A stretch of 64,000 nucleotides of DNA from Geosiphon pyriformis uo1. Its lineage: Eukaryota > Fungi > Glomeromycota. The stretch lies in assembly GCA_016748015.1 (NCBI GenBank), contig JAAOMT010000436.1, forward strand, positions 424,703-488,702. The letters are read 5' to 3'. Of the stretch, positions 11,003 through 23,759 are shown one piece after another. Each line of letters opens with the position of its first letter. Positions within the stretch are counted from its first letter, which is position 1. The notes beneath the pieces were generated by a model. The model saw only the letters and a list, made by a program, of their open reading frames with translations, did no database searches and was not told the DNA's origin. The position numbers and the translations under genes are program-made.

Positions 11003-14000
11003 ATGTCGTTTTCCCTGAATTCTTCTCAGCAATTACAAGAAGCTTCGGAAAATAATATTAATTTGCAGTTAAGTAAAAGGGAGTCTCAAGACTGCATCCC
11101 TTCCAAGAATGCTTGCAACTCCTCAAACACCATTGAAACTTGCCCAACTGTTACCGGAAACAGCCCACCAACGTTGTCCGCAGATGATCCTGACTATGCA
11201 CTTATAGAGTTAAAATTAGATAAAGGTGGAAACATGCAATGCTACACTCTCGGTGAGCCCGCCCCTGATTTGCCCAAGAGCCTGAAGGCGTCGAGGGAAA
11301 CAAGTTTTGGTGCACGTAGGCGTTCTGGCTTGTCTAGTGATCAAGCTTTAGAGTAAGAGTAGCGAAAGAATAATTTTTTTCAAGTTAAAAGAAGCTTGCC
11401 TCGTCCTTTTTCCCTCAATTCATGATTATCGATGATTATTAGAAAACTAATAAAGATTGCTAATGAAATTTTGGCGGAACATCGGGATCGATTACCGAGA
11501 ATTCATTGTAAGTTTCATACCTTTATAGTTAGGGTTCATTAAGTTTTCTATTGTTACCTTGATTCATTACCTTTCCCAGATACTCGGGCATTCCTTACTC
11601 GACCTGATTCCTTGTTGACCTTATTGTCATCAATTTTATTGATCGCCTTTTACATTTATGGAAACTTCAACTCTAGTCCATATCAGTTTCGTTTGAATTC
11701 TATACTTTGTGAAGCCTTTTTGATTGTTGCCATGTTGATTTGGAACAGTCTTTTATATGCGAGGGAAATGAAATTGACAACAAATGAGATTAGTGATCGA
11801 GCCGAAAATATAATTGAGCAATTCAAAATGAGTGGAATGAATGTTATGCAGGTTAGCCTTCTATATTAAAAAACTGCTTAATTTCTATTCATAAAATGCT
11901 AATACTTTTGTTTGTATTAAATGGTTACTCATCCTTCATCAATATGTTTTTATCACTTATATATGCATTCATCTCCTTCATTGATTTAGGAAATTAAAAT
12001 CCCCTTTGTTCCATCCATGACTCTTGCCAAAGTTGTGCGTGATGGTTACGTCCGGAATTTCCCTACAACTTTATTAGTAGAAAATGACGTGGTAGAAATG
12101 TTGTACGGAGACATAGCTCAATGCAGAATGAAATATCTGGCGATCAACGGTGATTCTTCACCAGATGATTTTTCTGACGCAAAAGAATATGTCCTTGAGG
12201 CAAATCAAGTTTTCAAGCCTTCACTCTTTGATGACTTGTCTTCAAAACAACTCTGGGACCAACACATGAAAAACAGAGGGAGATATCAATTTGTATTGCT
12301 AGAAACCCCATGGGCTAACAGTTTACGAGAGGCATTGCGTGAAGTGCGACCGCCTACCTTGTTCAAGAATCAAGCCAAAGTCCTTGAAGACTTCTTTTTA
12401 AAAAGATTGTTATATGCCGTCCTAGCTCTTGCTCTTTCAATAAATTTTTTGAAATATTTAATTAAAAATATAATTGCAAATAATTCAAGTTTTCAACAAG
12501 GATTTGAGCTTCTTACTATTATGCCTGTTTACGCAATTATACCTATTTTCCCTTTTACTTTTCCTACTTTATGGCTGATAGCGCGAAGTTTTGGCAATGC
12601 ATCAGTGCTGGTATTGTTTGAAGCATTGCAAAAGTCAAAGACAGAATATGAGGATGACGAAGAGGTTGATGAATTTGATGCAGACGCACCACCACCTACA
12701 AAAAACATTCATTTGGAACGAGGTTCGTATAGTGTATTATTTCGGTAATAGCGGTACAAAAAGAAATTTCAAGACCAATTTGGGCAGCTACGAAATCTGG
12801 ATTTTTCTACTTTCAGGTGCCGTCTGGAATAAATTTCTTTATCTTCTCACCAAATGGGATCGATCCTCTTTCACACGCTCAGCCAATCTTTTCGAGTCAT
12901 TAGGTAGCACTACTGTTATATGCTCGGTTGATCGAGAAGGCACTATATCATCCGTAAGACCTGCTTCACTCATCATGCCGTGCTTTTTTAAAATCTCATA
13001 TTAACTTTTATTATTTAATTTCAAATTAGTCTTTCCCGTCTGTCGAACAAATCCTATTTCCTAATCAAGAAGAGGAAACTACTTTTTTGGATTTAGCGGA
13101 AGATCCCAATGCTCCTTTTGGTATTAAATTTGAGGATCAAGATTGGCAACAATATCTGCCGTAAGATGCCATTCCTTTATTTGAATACCAAGACTATTTA
13201 CTGATCTATCATACTGTTAATATGATACCTTGTTTTCTGATTTGACGTGAAGAATTTTCATCGCTATGCTAAATAATATTTGCTCCCGAAAAATTAGTTG
13301 CCTCAAACCTCTAGGTCTAAATCTTTTACTAAACACTAATTGTGGTGTTTTACAAGGTGAAAAACGTGTTGATCAGCATCGAAAGCTATCAAGCCTCAAT
13401 ATACACGCAAAGACAAAGCCCGCACGTCAGGGTAAATTTCTATAATAAGCCTTACTATTAAATATTTATATCGGGGACATTTCATTTGACATCTCTTTAA
13501 ATTTTGATAATAGTTTGCCTCTGCCGTCTCGGAAAAGAAATTGGGTTCACTGATGATGCTCTTCAATCATTTGTACGCCGCAAAGAAATATATACTTTTG
13601 CCCCTTGCCATCCTTCTCTGAAAGAGCTCATCAGAAACGATCAATGGGAAGTACCTAGTATGGTATCTTCGATATACGAGGAGACGGGATCTGGTCTGTC
13701 ATTTGTAAATTGTCCATTTACGTTTCCTCACGATCGCACAGTCATAATTTTTTTCTCATATATCAAATATAGGAAGCTACCAATTGCTGTCCGATGGCCA
13801 TGTCGAAATTATCTTAGATAGTTGTTCAGATTATTGGGACGGCAAAGGCCTTAGAACCATGAATGATATTGTACGTATATTCACTTTTGTGAATGAATCT
13901 TGGTCAAATATGAAATTTTATTTTAACATTTTTAAATTTAGCTAGAGAAAAAAATTTATGATTTTTATCAAAATGCAGTTATTAATGATATGCAATGCAT

Positions 14001-14406
14001 CGCATACGCATATCGCCCGATCAATATAGAAAACGGGAATAAAATTCCATTCCTAAACTCTAATTGCGCGAATGATCCTGAGGCGGCCTCATATATTGTA
14101 TTACCTTTTTTGGATCAAGAAGAGGAACCCTCAGAATCATTCTTGGAAGAGAATGACATATCACTGTCTCAGCACTACCGCTTGAAAAGACTAAAGGATG
14201 GTCTTTTGGAGGGTCTGCACGATTTTCATTTTGAAGAAGGGAAGGAAGTATCACTGGAGGAGGCTCAACGTTTCTATAAGTCTGTAACCAAAGGACAGAT
14301 ATTCTTGAGTATGGCCACATTATGCCATCAACCAAAATTGGTAGGTACGCCATCACCTATGTCCTTGCCACTCTTCAGTGTCAACTTTTCTATTCGGAAA
14401 TATTTA

Positions 14407-14460
<54 letters not shown>

Positions 14461-16397
14461 TGAAATAGGATGTTTGCAATTTCATTGAAGATCTTAATGG
14501 AGCTGGTATTCGTTTTGTGTATTTCTCTCCTACCGCTGAAAGGGAAAGTAAAGGTTAATATTTTATGAAGTTGAACTTTTTGATCCTCCTTGAAAAATAA
14601 ATAAATATCTTCAACCTTTCAATTCCACTTGCGCCGCTTTGTTCACTAAGCATACGCGGAGCGTTTAGGCTTAGAAACTGATTGGAATAGCTGTATTTTG
14701 CTTTCCTCTCCTGGTGATCGAAATTCTAGTGGGACCGGTTATCGCCAATTGCATGATATAAAGGCGCGACTTCCGCGTGGTATTCAGAACATTAAAAACC
14801 ATTTGGAGGATGTTGACGACATCCCGTTGCACGTTTCTTTGTTTGCAGAATGTACTCCTGACGCGACGCGTCAAATGATTAAAATTTTTCAGGAGTACGG
14901 GGAAGTAGTATGTTGTATTGGCAGTGCTTTGAATTCGGTTAATACCCATGTTTTTGCATTGGTCAGTATATTTGCCTATTTGAATATCTTAAGTGTCTCT
15001 CGTTGGAAAAACTAAAACAATATATTACCCTTTTTATAAAGGCCGATGTTAGCATCGCTATGGAACCCACAGATACTCGTGCAGCGACCAAAAATGGTTT
15101 ATGTCATCTTCACGGATCGAAAGGACAACTACCTATAGCCCTAGGTGCCTCTTTTACCACTTTACCATGTGGCTTATTTATGCAATACGACACTAGTCTT
15201 TACGCTTTAGCAGATGTCATAAGAGAGGCTAGACGGTTAACTAATTGCTTTAGAATGGTATTTATATAGAAAATTTTTAAAGTTTATCACGAATTGTTAA
15301 TTAGAGCTTATTTTTCCTTTTTTTTGTTTCCAGAGTGCAGCGTTCATAATTGGAAGCTACCTTTCTGTATCATCACTCCTGATTCTATCTTATTGCCTTT
15401 GTTTGCCCCCGATATTCACCGGATACCAAACTATGTGGATTCTTTGGGTGATCTCTCCCCTGTTAGCTTTCTCTTTTTTCTTTAATCCCCATGAAGCAGA
15501 TATAATGACCACAATGCCAGGTTTGTTTGAAATAAGTCGAGATTGGTTTAAAATAATTCATAGTGGCCATCTAATTAAATTCTTCCCTAGGCAAAAATAT
15601 CGATCACCTCAAGGATTTACCTCGCTTCTTGGGCTATTTTGTCCTGAGATTTTCTCTACCTGTACTGATGTGTCTCACGGTGTATGCATTGTAGGTATTT
15701 CTTCTTTTTTCATAATCGCGATTAAAGTTAGGCTCATTATATCTTCTGTATAACGTGCATTCTTTAGATCACTATATTCTTTTGATGATGAACAACATGG
15801 ATCATTTATATTTGGCTCCTATGGTAATGAAGTTTGGCTTCATTGGACCCTTGGTCAACAATGGGCCGTTTTATACGCCCAGAATTGCGCGTTATTTATC
15901 TTTGTTTGGTATCTCGGTAAGTTTATTGTTCTAACGAAGGATTTTTATATGTTCCAAAACATGTGCACTGAGACATAAAATGGAACTCCTCATTTTTAGC
16001 TTGTATATCATCCACCTTTCTCAACCGGACACTTTCGTTCAAACGTTTTCTTCCATTTCAGAATCGGATATGGGTGTTTGTGTTCTTTGCTAGGTATAAT
16101 ACAATGATTACTCTATCTTCAAGTCAAGGGGATTATTTAACAATTGTTTCCTACTTCTTTTTTTTATGATACAGCTTAATATTTCAAGGAATATTTACGT
16201 TAATCTCGATCTTCTCTGGGCCACATTCATTCAAAAAACTACCCGTATTTCTCTATTTGATGGCATTACTTTGGCCTGTCATTTTCTTGCCAATACAAGA
16301 AATTGCCCGATGGCATGACCGGAAGGAGTATAAACGATTCCAAAAAAGATCAAAATTGGAGTTTAACACCAAACTTGGAATGCATTCGCCTTTATAA
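11003..16397 (+). CDS. TMEM94: TMEM94 (KIAA0195/ERMA)-like, P-type-ATPase-related multipass membrane protein; many exons
   Basis: Spliced pieces give VVRDG..PTTLLV..DVVE, LFESLGSTTVICSVDREGTIS, GIRFVYFS, LGLETDWNSCILLS, ARLPRGIQNIKNHLEDVDDIPLHVSLFAECTP..MIKIFQEYGEVVCCIGSALN and C-terminal KLEFNTKLGMHSPL*. These match TMEM94 hallmarks as I recall them. Confidence 0.88.
14408..14460. repeat. (TAA)n microsatellite in a TMEM94 intron, just before the acceptor
   Basis: Perfect run that produces the artefactual poly-Ile tail of ORF 13990-14463. Confidence 0.95.
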
Positions 16398-17313
16398 TCC
16401 AGTCAAAAATTTTATATAAAATTAGTGACATTAGTATAAAAAGCTACCTTTTGACTTGTATTTTTAATTAACCAACCCTTGTACTTAATAAATTTCTTCG
16501 TTAAAAGGATTTATAACAAAACTAAAGTGAACTTGTAACGTAAATCCCGGTGAATGATGAATAAGATCTCGGTCCTCTCATGGGCAACCTTTCCACTCGA
16601 CACGGTTATTGTTCTGATAATAGCCTTAATAAGTCACACTTGAGTTCAAAAATGTAAAGTATCTGGAAAACTTTAATGATCACTCTTACATAATCCTCAA
16701 TGCTATCTATCAAGAGAAATCCCTCAAGAGTCTTATAGAGTATTGAATTTAAGCTCTAACCCAAGAAATCAGAAATCTGCATACTGAGGCGTCGTTGTCA
16801 TCAGCAAAGAGGGTAAATCGAAAATTAATAATATAAACTTATTTTTTATCTTATATAACCAACAAGAAATTCTGAAATCGATACAATAGTGATCTTTAAA
16901 CACATACACGATTAATTGATTTTAATTTATATTAAGTTGATAATAAAATTTACAATTTTTTTTTAATTTTTTAAAGTAAAGGTTTTTGTTAGTTTAAATT
17001 ACAATTAATTATTGTTATTTACAAAAATAAAAAATCTTTAATAATTACAATTTATATACTTTTTATGTGTGTAATTATTTATTTATTTTAAATTATAATA
17101 AAAAAATAAAATCAACAAAAGAATATATAACTATTTTTTTTTGGTTTTTATTATTTAATTTAGCATTATATTATTTTACAATTTGTTATATTATTTTATT
17201 TATTTAATATTAATTAAAAAAATTGTTATTTGTATATTAAAATTTTTCAATAAATATTAAATGTAAACTATTTTCAAAACCAATTATTATATTAAATTTT
17301 AATATATTAATTT

Positions 17314-17422
17314 GTGGCCTTGATTGGCCCGAGTGGCTAGTCACATGTGGACAGTGCATGAATCGCGTCTAGTTTAGAACAGGTAGCGATTGGGCTTTAC
17401 TCGTTAAAATAAAAAATAAAAA
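17314..17422 (+). mobile_element. Stand-alone LINE 3'UTR module (extreme 5'-truncated insertion or SINE-like element) with A-rich tail
   Basis: About 80% identical to the reverse complement of 56503-56620 apart from one internal indel. Followed by AAAATAAAAAATAAAAA and flanked by the direct repeat ATATTAATTT (17304-17313 and 17423-17432). Confidence 0.85.
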
Positions 17423-18274
17423 ATATTAATTTTAAATAATTTTATTATTAAAATTTTGTTATTAAAACAATTGTTTTTTTTATAGTATTTATTTTTTGTG
17501 TAATTATTATATTATTTTGTCTTATTAATAATTTTCAATAATTAATTTTAAATTTAAAAATTTAATTAAATATAAAATTGGTTTAATAATTTTAACAAAA
17601 TTAAATAACTAATTAACTTTAAAATTATTAAATTAAATTTTTTGTATTAATGTTAAAAATTAGAAAACCAAAAAGATGTAGTTAAAAAACAATCTTATAA
17701 CTTAATTAGTTTTTCTGATATTTTAAATGTTAAAAAACTAGTCTTATTTTTGTATAATATTTTAAAAGAAATAAAATCTTATACTGTCATATTGTCAAGA
17801 TAATAAAAATAAAAATACAATAAAAAATAAAACTTCTATATTTACAAAATTTGGAAAAGGCTCTATATTGTCAATTAATCAATCGTAACAGTTTGAAAGA
17901 TGCAATTATTTTAAAGAGGAATCCTCAAACTATTTAGTAGAGTTACTTCTAATGAAACATTTTAAGAGTCATGATAAAAACGGATTTACAAAGATAATCG
18001 AAGGGCCGGAAGGTAATGGATCAATCGTCTCAATTTGAGGTTTGATGGCTCGAAAACACGATGGAATCATTTAATTATTATCGGATTACGAAAAAACACG
18101 GAATCAGAGTCTACAAAGGAAGAATTTCCAAGATAGAGTTGAGTAAATAAGTAATCAGAATGTGATGTCACACTTCAAGTATTTGCGACAAATGTAAAAT
18201 ACCTCAAATAGAATTCCGTTCACCTAAGAGTTCAAGTCGCAGCGATTGAGGATACTACCAAATAGGCAAGCCAA

Positions 18275-19957
18275 TCATATCAATTGACATCTAGAGCATA
18301 TCCACCACTCTTCACCGTCAGTATAATTCGTACATTTCTATTAACGGAAGGTCGGGTTTTGTACAGAAAAATTATACCGAAATGGTTTAATTATCATTTA
18401 GCAACCATCCTTGCAAAAATCGGCTCTTTGACTATCCCAAGTTACTGTTTCGAAGGAAGTTATGTAGGGAGACATGAGAAAGAAGAAGCTATCTCATAAA
18501 AATGATCTCTACAATTCGTTCTGGGTCTCATATATTATGGGATACAATTTTAATAAATCTAATACGAGTATTAATTTAAATATAGTCTCGTGAGGAAATC
18601 AAAGTGGAGGCTAATCAACTAGCCCAATACAATGGTTTAGAATCACCAAGTTGTAGATCTTTAGATATAAAATAAGCCCATCTATTTCATCGATGAACGT
18701 GGAAATATGGAAAGAAATTTCATTAAGATCCTTACCTTGTGAGATGGAGTGTTACACACTTCACAAGTGATAAACTGGTTATCGACCTAGTATTATGGTA
18801 GGGAGAATATGATAAATGGGCAATAGATGGCAAATTGTTATGTGCCTGCTCAGGAAATATCAAAGACAAATCTCAACCTACATCTCTCGAATTACAAATC
18901 TCACATAATCTACCTTCTTTGTGCGATGATGATGACGACGATGATGCTTCGTTTCTTGGAATTATTGCGGATGTTTGAAAAGAATCATGGGGCTGTGAAG
19001 GTCGTACTGCAATAGAAGTTGAAGATGTGGAAGCTATTGACGTTGAAGCATTACCAAGTCTCGTGTTTGATGAAACATTTTGTGGATTTTGCGCTACGTG
19101 AGGAGCTGTTTGACTTGTTATATTTTGAGCTAAATGAGGAACAGTTTGATTTGTTACATTTTGTATTATATGAGGAGCTGGTTGATTTGTTGAATTTGGT
19201 AATTGCGAATGAAAGTTCGAAGGAACCCTAGGTGTAGAATTGGTGGTTCGTGAATTAAATTGTCGTTGTGTCACAGGATTTATCGAATTGGTATTAGTGG
19301 AAGGAATTGCACCTGTGTAATGTGATAGGGAAGGTCGTTGAGTAGTTTTATTATGGCTAGAGTTTGGCATTGGAGGATAGGAAAGTTGTTGTCTTTGTAG
19401 AGGGATTTGGCGAGCAAAATTCGAAACTCCTGGTTGGAAATTTCCAGCAAGTTGAGCTTGTTGAGTGTAGTGAAATAGTGGAGCATTAAAAGGTGGATAC
19501 GTTTGACCATTTAACGGTGGTCTCATCAAAACTTGATCGTTTAGACCACTACCCTGCTGAAATGGAAGTTGGTGATTGAAGTTTATTGAGGTAGGACTTT
19601 GTAGTTGAGGATTTTGAATTGGCGATGCAGTCGCTTGTAGGGGTCCTGGTTGGGAAAGAGGAGGTATTGGCTTGTTTTTTGGTTTAGGAATTACAGGTCT
19701 AGACGGGAGTGAATGAGGTGGGTTTCTTTGGGCTTCTAAATAAAAATTAAATTTTAATGGGTTCGTCGTTGAGGAGTGATTTGAAGAAAAATGGATCACT
19801 TGCCCTGTTCGTCTATCAAGTGAACAACGCGAGATCTCATATTTGTAAGGTGAGTATTTACATGGGTCCACAACTCAAGTTGCTTGTTAAATTCTTCTTT
19901 ACAAGAACCCCATCTACATCTATATTTTTCTGGCTCTTGATAACTATCCGGTGACAT
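18275..19957 (-). CDS. C2H2 zinc finger + Q/P/N-rich disordered region + C-terminal PHD finger protein
   Basis: Exons 19957-19804 (CRWGSC..HVNTH), 19735-18882, 18786-18736 and 18337-18275 splice in frame. They rebuild a C4HC3 PHD: CEIC..CEVC..HKKC..WICSRC. Intron 1 needs a GC donor (GCAAGT). Confidence 0.8.
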
Positions 19958-21264
19958 GGTAGCAGAATAAAGTTTTCTCTGAGAACAATGATTCAAAGTT
20001 TTGAAGCCTTTTAAAGATGGATCACCGTAAAATTTTAGGGGGGCCTTACAAGATGGATCACCTTAGGACCTCAAGATTTTAGGGCACAACGCGACATTCT
20101 TAAACATAACATTAATATAATATATATATATATATATGATAATAATTTTATGTATAATTTTAATCATAAATAATGTAACGGAATAACATGATGTTTTGCA
20201 TATAAATAAATAAATAAATAAATTTTATTTTAATTTTTTACATTCGATATTTTTTAATAATAACACTATAAAAAATAATAAATTTTAATAATAAATTTTT
20301 TTGCAAAACATAAAATTTTTTTGGTGTTTCATTCACATTTGGGAAATGAAATCATTTTTGTCAAGAAACCCAACAAGTAAAAAACTATTACACTTTTGGA
20401 GTGAGAATGAATATTACTGAATATCTATTAAGAAAAGTAAGTTAAATATGTTTATGAAATTTGTTTTTTATCTCTGCAAAAAATGGCTAATAAATTAAAA
20501 AACCTACTAACTATTAATCCAATGCTAAGAAAAGTTCAAAAGCAGAAACATGTTGAATTGGGCCAAATTTCATCATAATGATAAACTCAGAAAAACTTTA
20601 TTTTCTAAAAAACATTATTTCAACTATTGTATGAAGGAAAAACCTAGCTTATTTTTTATTCGGTAAATCATCAATGCTAAGGAAAGTTAATGCGCTTTCA
20701 CACATCTCGAATAGCTAAAGGCGTTTTTATGCAGTAAATTCAATTATATGACGTCGCGAGTTAATTCTATAGAACTGTAAAGTTAATTTTTTTGTCACAT
20801 AATACTGTATGTATGTTTTCAATTAAATGATCAAGAATAGACCTATTTTTTTTATAACACAATCAATCTTAAGAAAATTAGAAAATTCGGAGTATCCCGG
20901 TCTTTATGAAAAAGAAATTCAAAGTATGCTTTTAAAATAGGATATTTCTCGGAAACATGGTTAGTTATAATAATCTGAATTTGGATAGAAAATAAAAATG
21001 TTTTTTCACTCAAATGTTCAAAAAAATGTATAAAAATATTTGTTACATAAAAGGATTCATAAGAATAAATAAAAAGTTTAAATATTTACTTTCAAACTTA
21101 TGCACAAACTTATTCGATATTAAGGTTTTTTAATTCAAATTTAAGTTTGAATTTTTATCAAAAAATATTTCTAACAAAAAATTTATTAAACCTAAGATAA
21201 AAGAACTTGCAGGTGACATCTGTATAGAACACAATAACGATTTGATAATTTATTATTCAAGAAC

Positions 21265-22233
21265 ATGAAGCGTAAGCAGAAAATTCCCGTAACCACTATA
21301 AAAACTATTCAAAACTCTCCAACTTCCTCTGTACTGAACCGAAAAAATTCCAAACATACCGCAAACCTTATTCGCCTCTTTCACACCTTAAATAAAAGAC
21401 ACGCCTATCATGTCTCGCAAAATCAGCCAACACATGCTGAAGAGGTAAAGCGTCAACTTGCTGAACTTGGGGGCTTGGAAGCATATCAACGTGCAAGTGA
21501 GCTAGGACAATCTTCGCATCGTGGTGGAGATACAAGCAAAAGAATAGTAGATTGGTTATGCTCTTTAGGCCTAAACCCCATACAAAAACAGAAATTGAGA
21601 CTTGAAACAAATGATAAAGATAAAAAATATAGGTTGCTCGATGTGGGAGCCCTTTTACGAAATAATTACAAATCATGTGAAAAATGGATACAAGTGGTTG
21701 CCATTGATTTGAATCCACGCGAAAAAGGAATTTTAAAGCGCAATTTTTTGAAAATGAACCCTCCATCATTTAATGCGCTAGACTCGAGTACTAATGGAAA
21801 TACTGAAGAATGGCCGAAAACGGGATTCGACATAGTTTGTTTATCATTGGTTATAAACTTTGTTGGAGATCCCATTAAGCGAGGTAGCCAATACTGTTCA
21901 AACAATTTTTATTTCTCAATCTAACAATAATCTTCATTCTAAGGTGCGATGCTCCACCGTACAATTGAGTTTTTGAACCCCGAGGGGCTTCGTATGTGTT
22001 ACTTGGTTTTGCCGCTGCCTTGCATTCAAAACTCGCGTTACTTTGATCATAATCTTCTTCTAGAAATCATGGAATCATTCAAATATGAGATGCTCCGTCA
22101 TCATTTTTCACGAAAATTGGCTTATTACTTATTCAGATTGAATCCGGATATCAAAATATCCAGAGTATCTTTTGAAAAGAAAATTCTTCACAACGGGAAA
22201 GGAAAAAATAATTTTTGCATTGTTGTGAAATAA
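21265..22233 (+). CDS. BMT2: 25S rRNA adenine-N1 methyltransferase Bmt2-like
   Basis: Exons 21265-21883 and 21944-22233. Motifs LGGLEAYQRAS..RGGDTSK, LLDVGAL, IDLNP, FDIVCLSLVINFV, LVLPLPCIQNSRY and NNFCIVV. Confidence 0.88.
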
Positions 22234-22655
22234 TGAACTTGAACCAACTTTTCTAATTCGAATCGGGAAATATAATTAACTTCACCAAAACTCATTAACC
22301 AACTTCCAACACCTTTGACGAGTGATGGCATAAAATTTTAAGGCTTTGATTCATTATGACAGAAAAAGCATCAGTTTGATTTTTATCATCTCTCGGCCGT
22401 GAACTTTTAAAGGGCATATAAAATCAAAGCTCGCTTTAATCGTATCTCAACCATAAAAATGCCTTTGAAATGTCAATCTGGTCGGTGATATCAGATTAGT
22501 CACATTTCATCACATTAAATAGAAAAAACCTAAAAATACAGTGGCGCTTATCTCGAAAAAAAAAAAAACTATTCGAAAAAATGCCGAAAATTTTGTCCCT
22601 CTAGTCATTGAAATATTCTGTCCGACAAGGCGAAATTAAATCCAATAGTCCATTT

Positions 22656-23480
22656 TCAAGAAATTAATTTGGCAGCAATAGCAGCTAAAATCGCAGCCTT
22701 ATGGTTACCACTTAGTTTCTGGTAAGCTTCGAATACAGATATGCCTAGAGAATGCAGACATTGTAATGTCAAAATCAATGTGTAGTCGCTCTTTAAAAAA
22801 GACCAGCAATTGACAATAACCACCTTTAGCATCCCTCACAGCTCCCAATTTGCTTCCAGCATAAGCACCCAGCATTAATCCTGGAACATTGCCACATATA
22901 AATCCTAGCATTGCCCCTGAAACAGTACCAATTGGAGTATAGAACCATCTTGGATTATCAACCTCGGGCCGAAGCATTTCTTCAAACACATTACCAAACA
23001 AACTGTTCGGATCGGTGTGTTGTGTAACCCATCGTGAAGATATTGAAGGTCTCTTGTTCCGCGTAGCTCTTGCGACATCTTGGAGATAAAATTTAAACGA
23101 ATTTCAAGTTCTGATCAAATAAGACCAGAATTACTCGTTCAGATAGGCCAAAAGGAAAGTACTTAATCTACCATAATGCTCTTTTCGTTTCGAATCGCTC
23201 AACACATAATAAGCGTCTGCGACACGTTGAAATTTTATTTTTGCCTCTTCGACTGAAATGTTCAATTCACTATCTGCAATGTTTGAAAATCGATCCGGGT
23301 GAGTTTCTAGCGCTTTGCGTTTGTACGCATCTCTGATTTGGCTATAAATTTTTTCAAATTTGGTTGATTATTACAATCAAACTAAGCTCAGAAATAAAAT
23401 GTATTTAATTACACTGCATCGGCAGTATCTTCGATGCCAAGTACTTCGTAATATTCAGGGAAAGAGTTATATGTCTCCAT
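22656..23480 (-). CDS. J-domain (DnaJ) protein with C-terminal glycine-zipper hydrophobic segment
   Basis: 4 exons; YYEVLG..IRDAYKRKALETHPDR..ADAYYVLSD, followed by GTVSGAMLGFICGNVPGLMLGAYAGSKLG. Confidence 0.88.
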
Positions 23481-23759
23481 TACAACAAAGATTAAAAAGG
23501 AAAGAAAATTGAAAATAATTGAAAATATTCTTTTCGTATATTATTAAGTATCCTGCATTATCCAATAGAAACTTGCCGTATCGATTAAAGAATTATATGT
23601 ATTATGATGTCATCGTGTACAAAGAAGTTCACTTCCAAATGCAGTTAATCTTTTGATTATAATTAAACGCATCATAGAAATGGCTTAGCGTGGAAATACA
23701 AATTTCAAACCGTGATTTGAATATCTTTGGAATTTTTGAGGACTTGAATATCAAAGAAA

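Noticed and set aside
16553-16625. Possible box C/D snoRNA (ATGATGA ... CTGA)
   Set aside because: No terminal stem or convincing rRNA guide, and the CTGA sits in the loop of a local hairpin. Not supportable without a snoRNA scan.
17313-17408. Island as tRNA, hammerhead or HDV ribozyme, SECIS, or TPP riboswitch
   Set aside because: It has an A-box-like TGGCCCGAGTGG and an HDV-like 3' end (GCGAUUGGGC). It lacks a cloverleaf or B-box, a CUGAUGA/GAAA core, an HDV P1/L3 arrangement and a SECIS GA quartet. Homology to the LINE 3'UTR explains it better.
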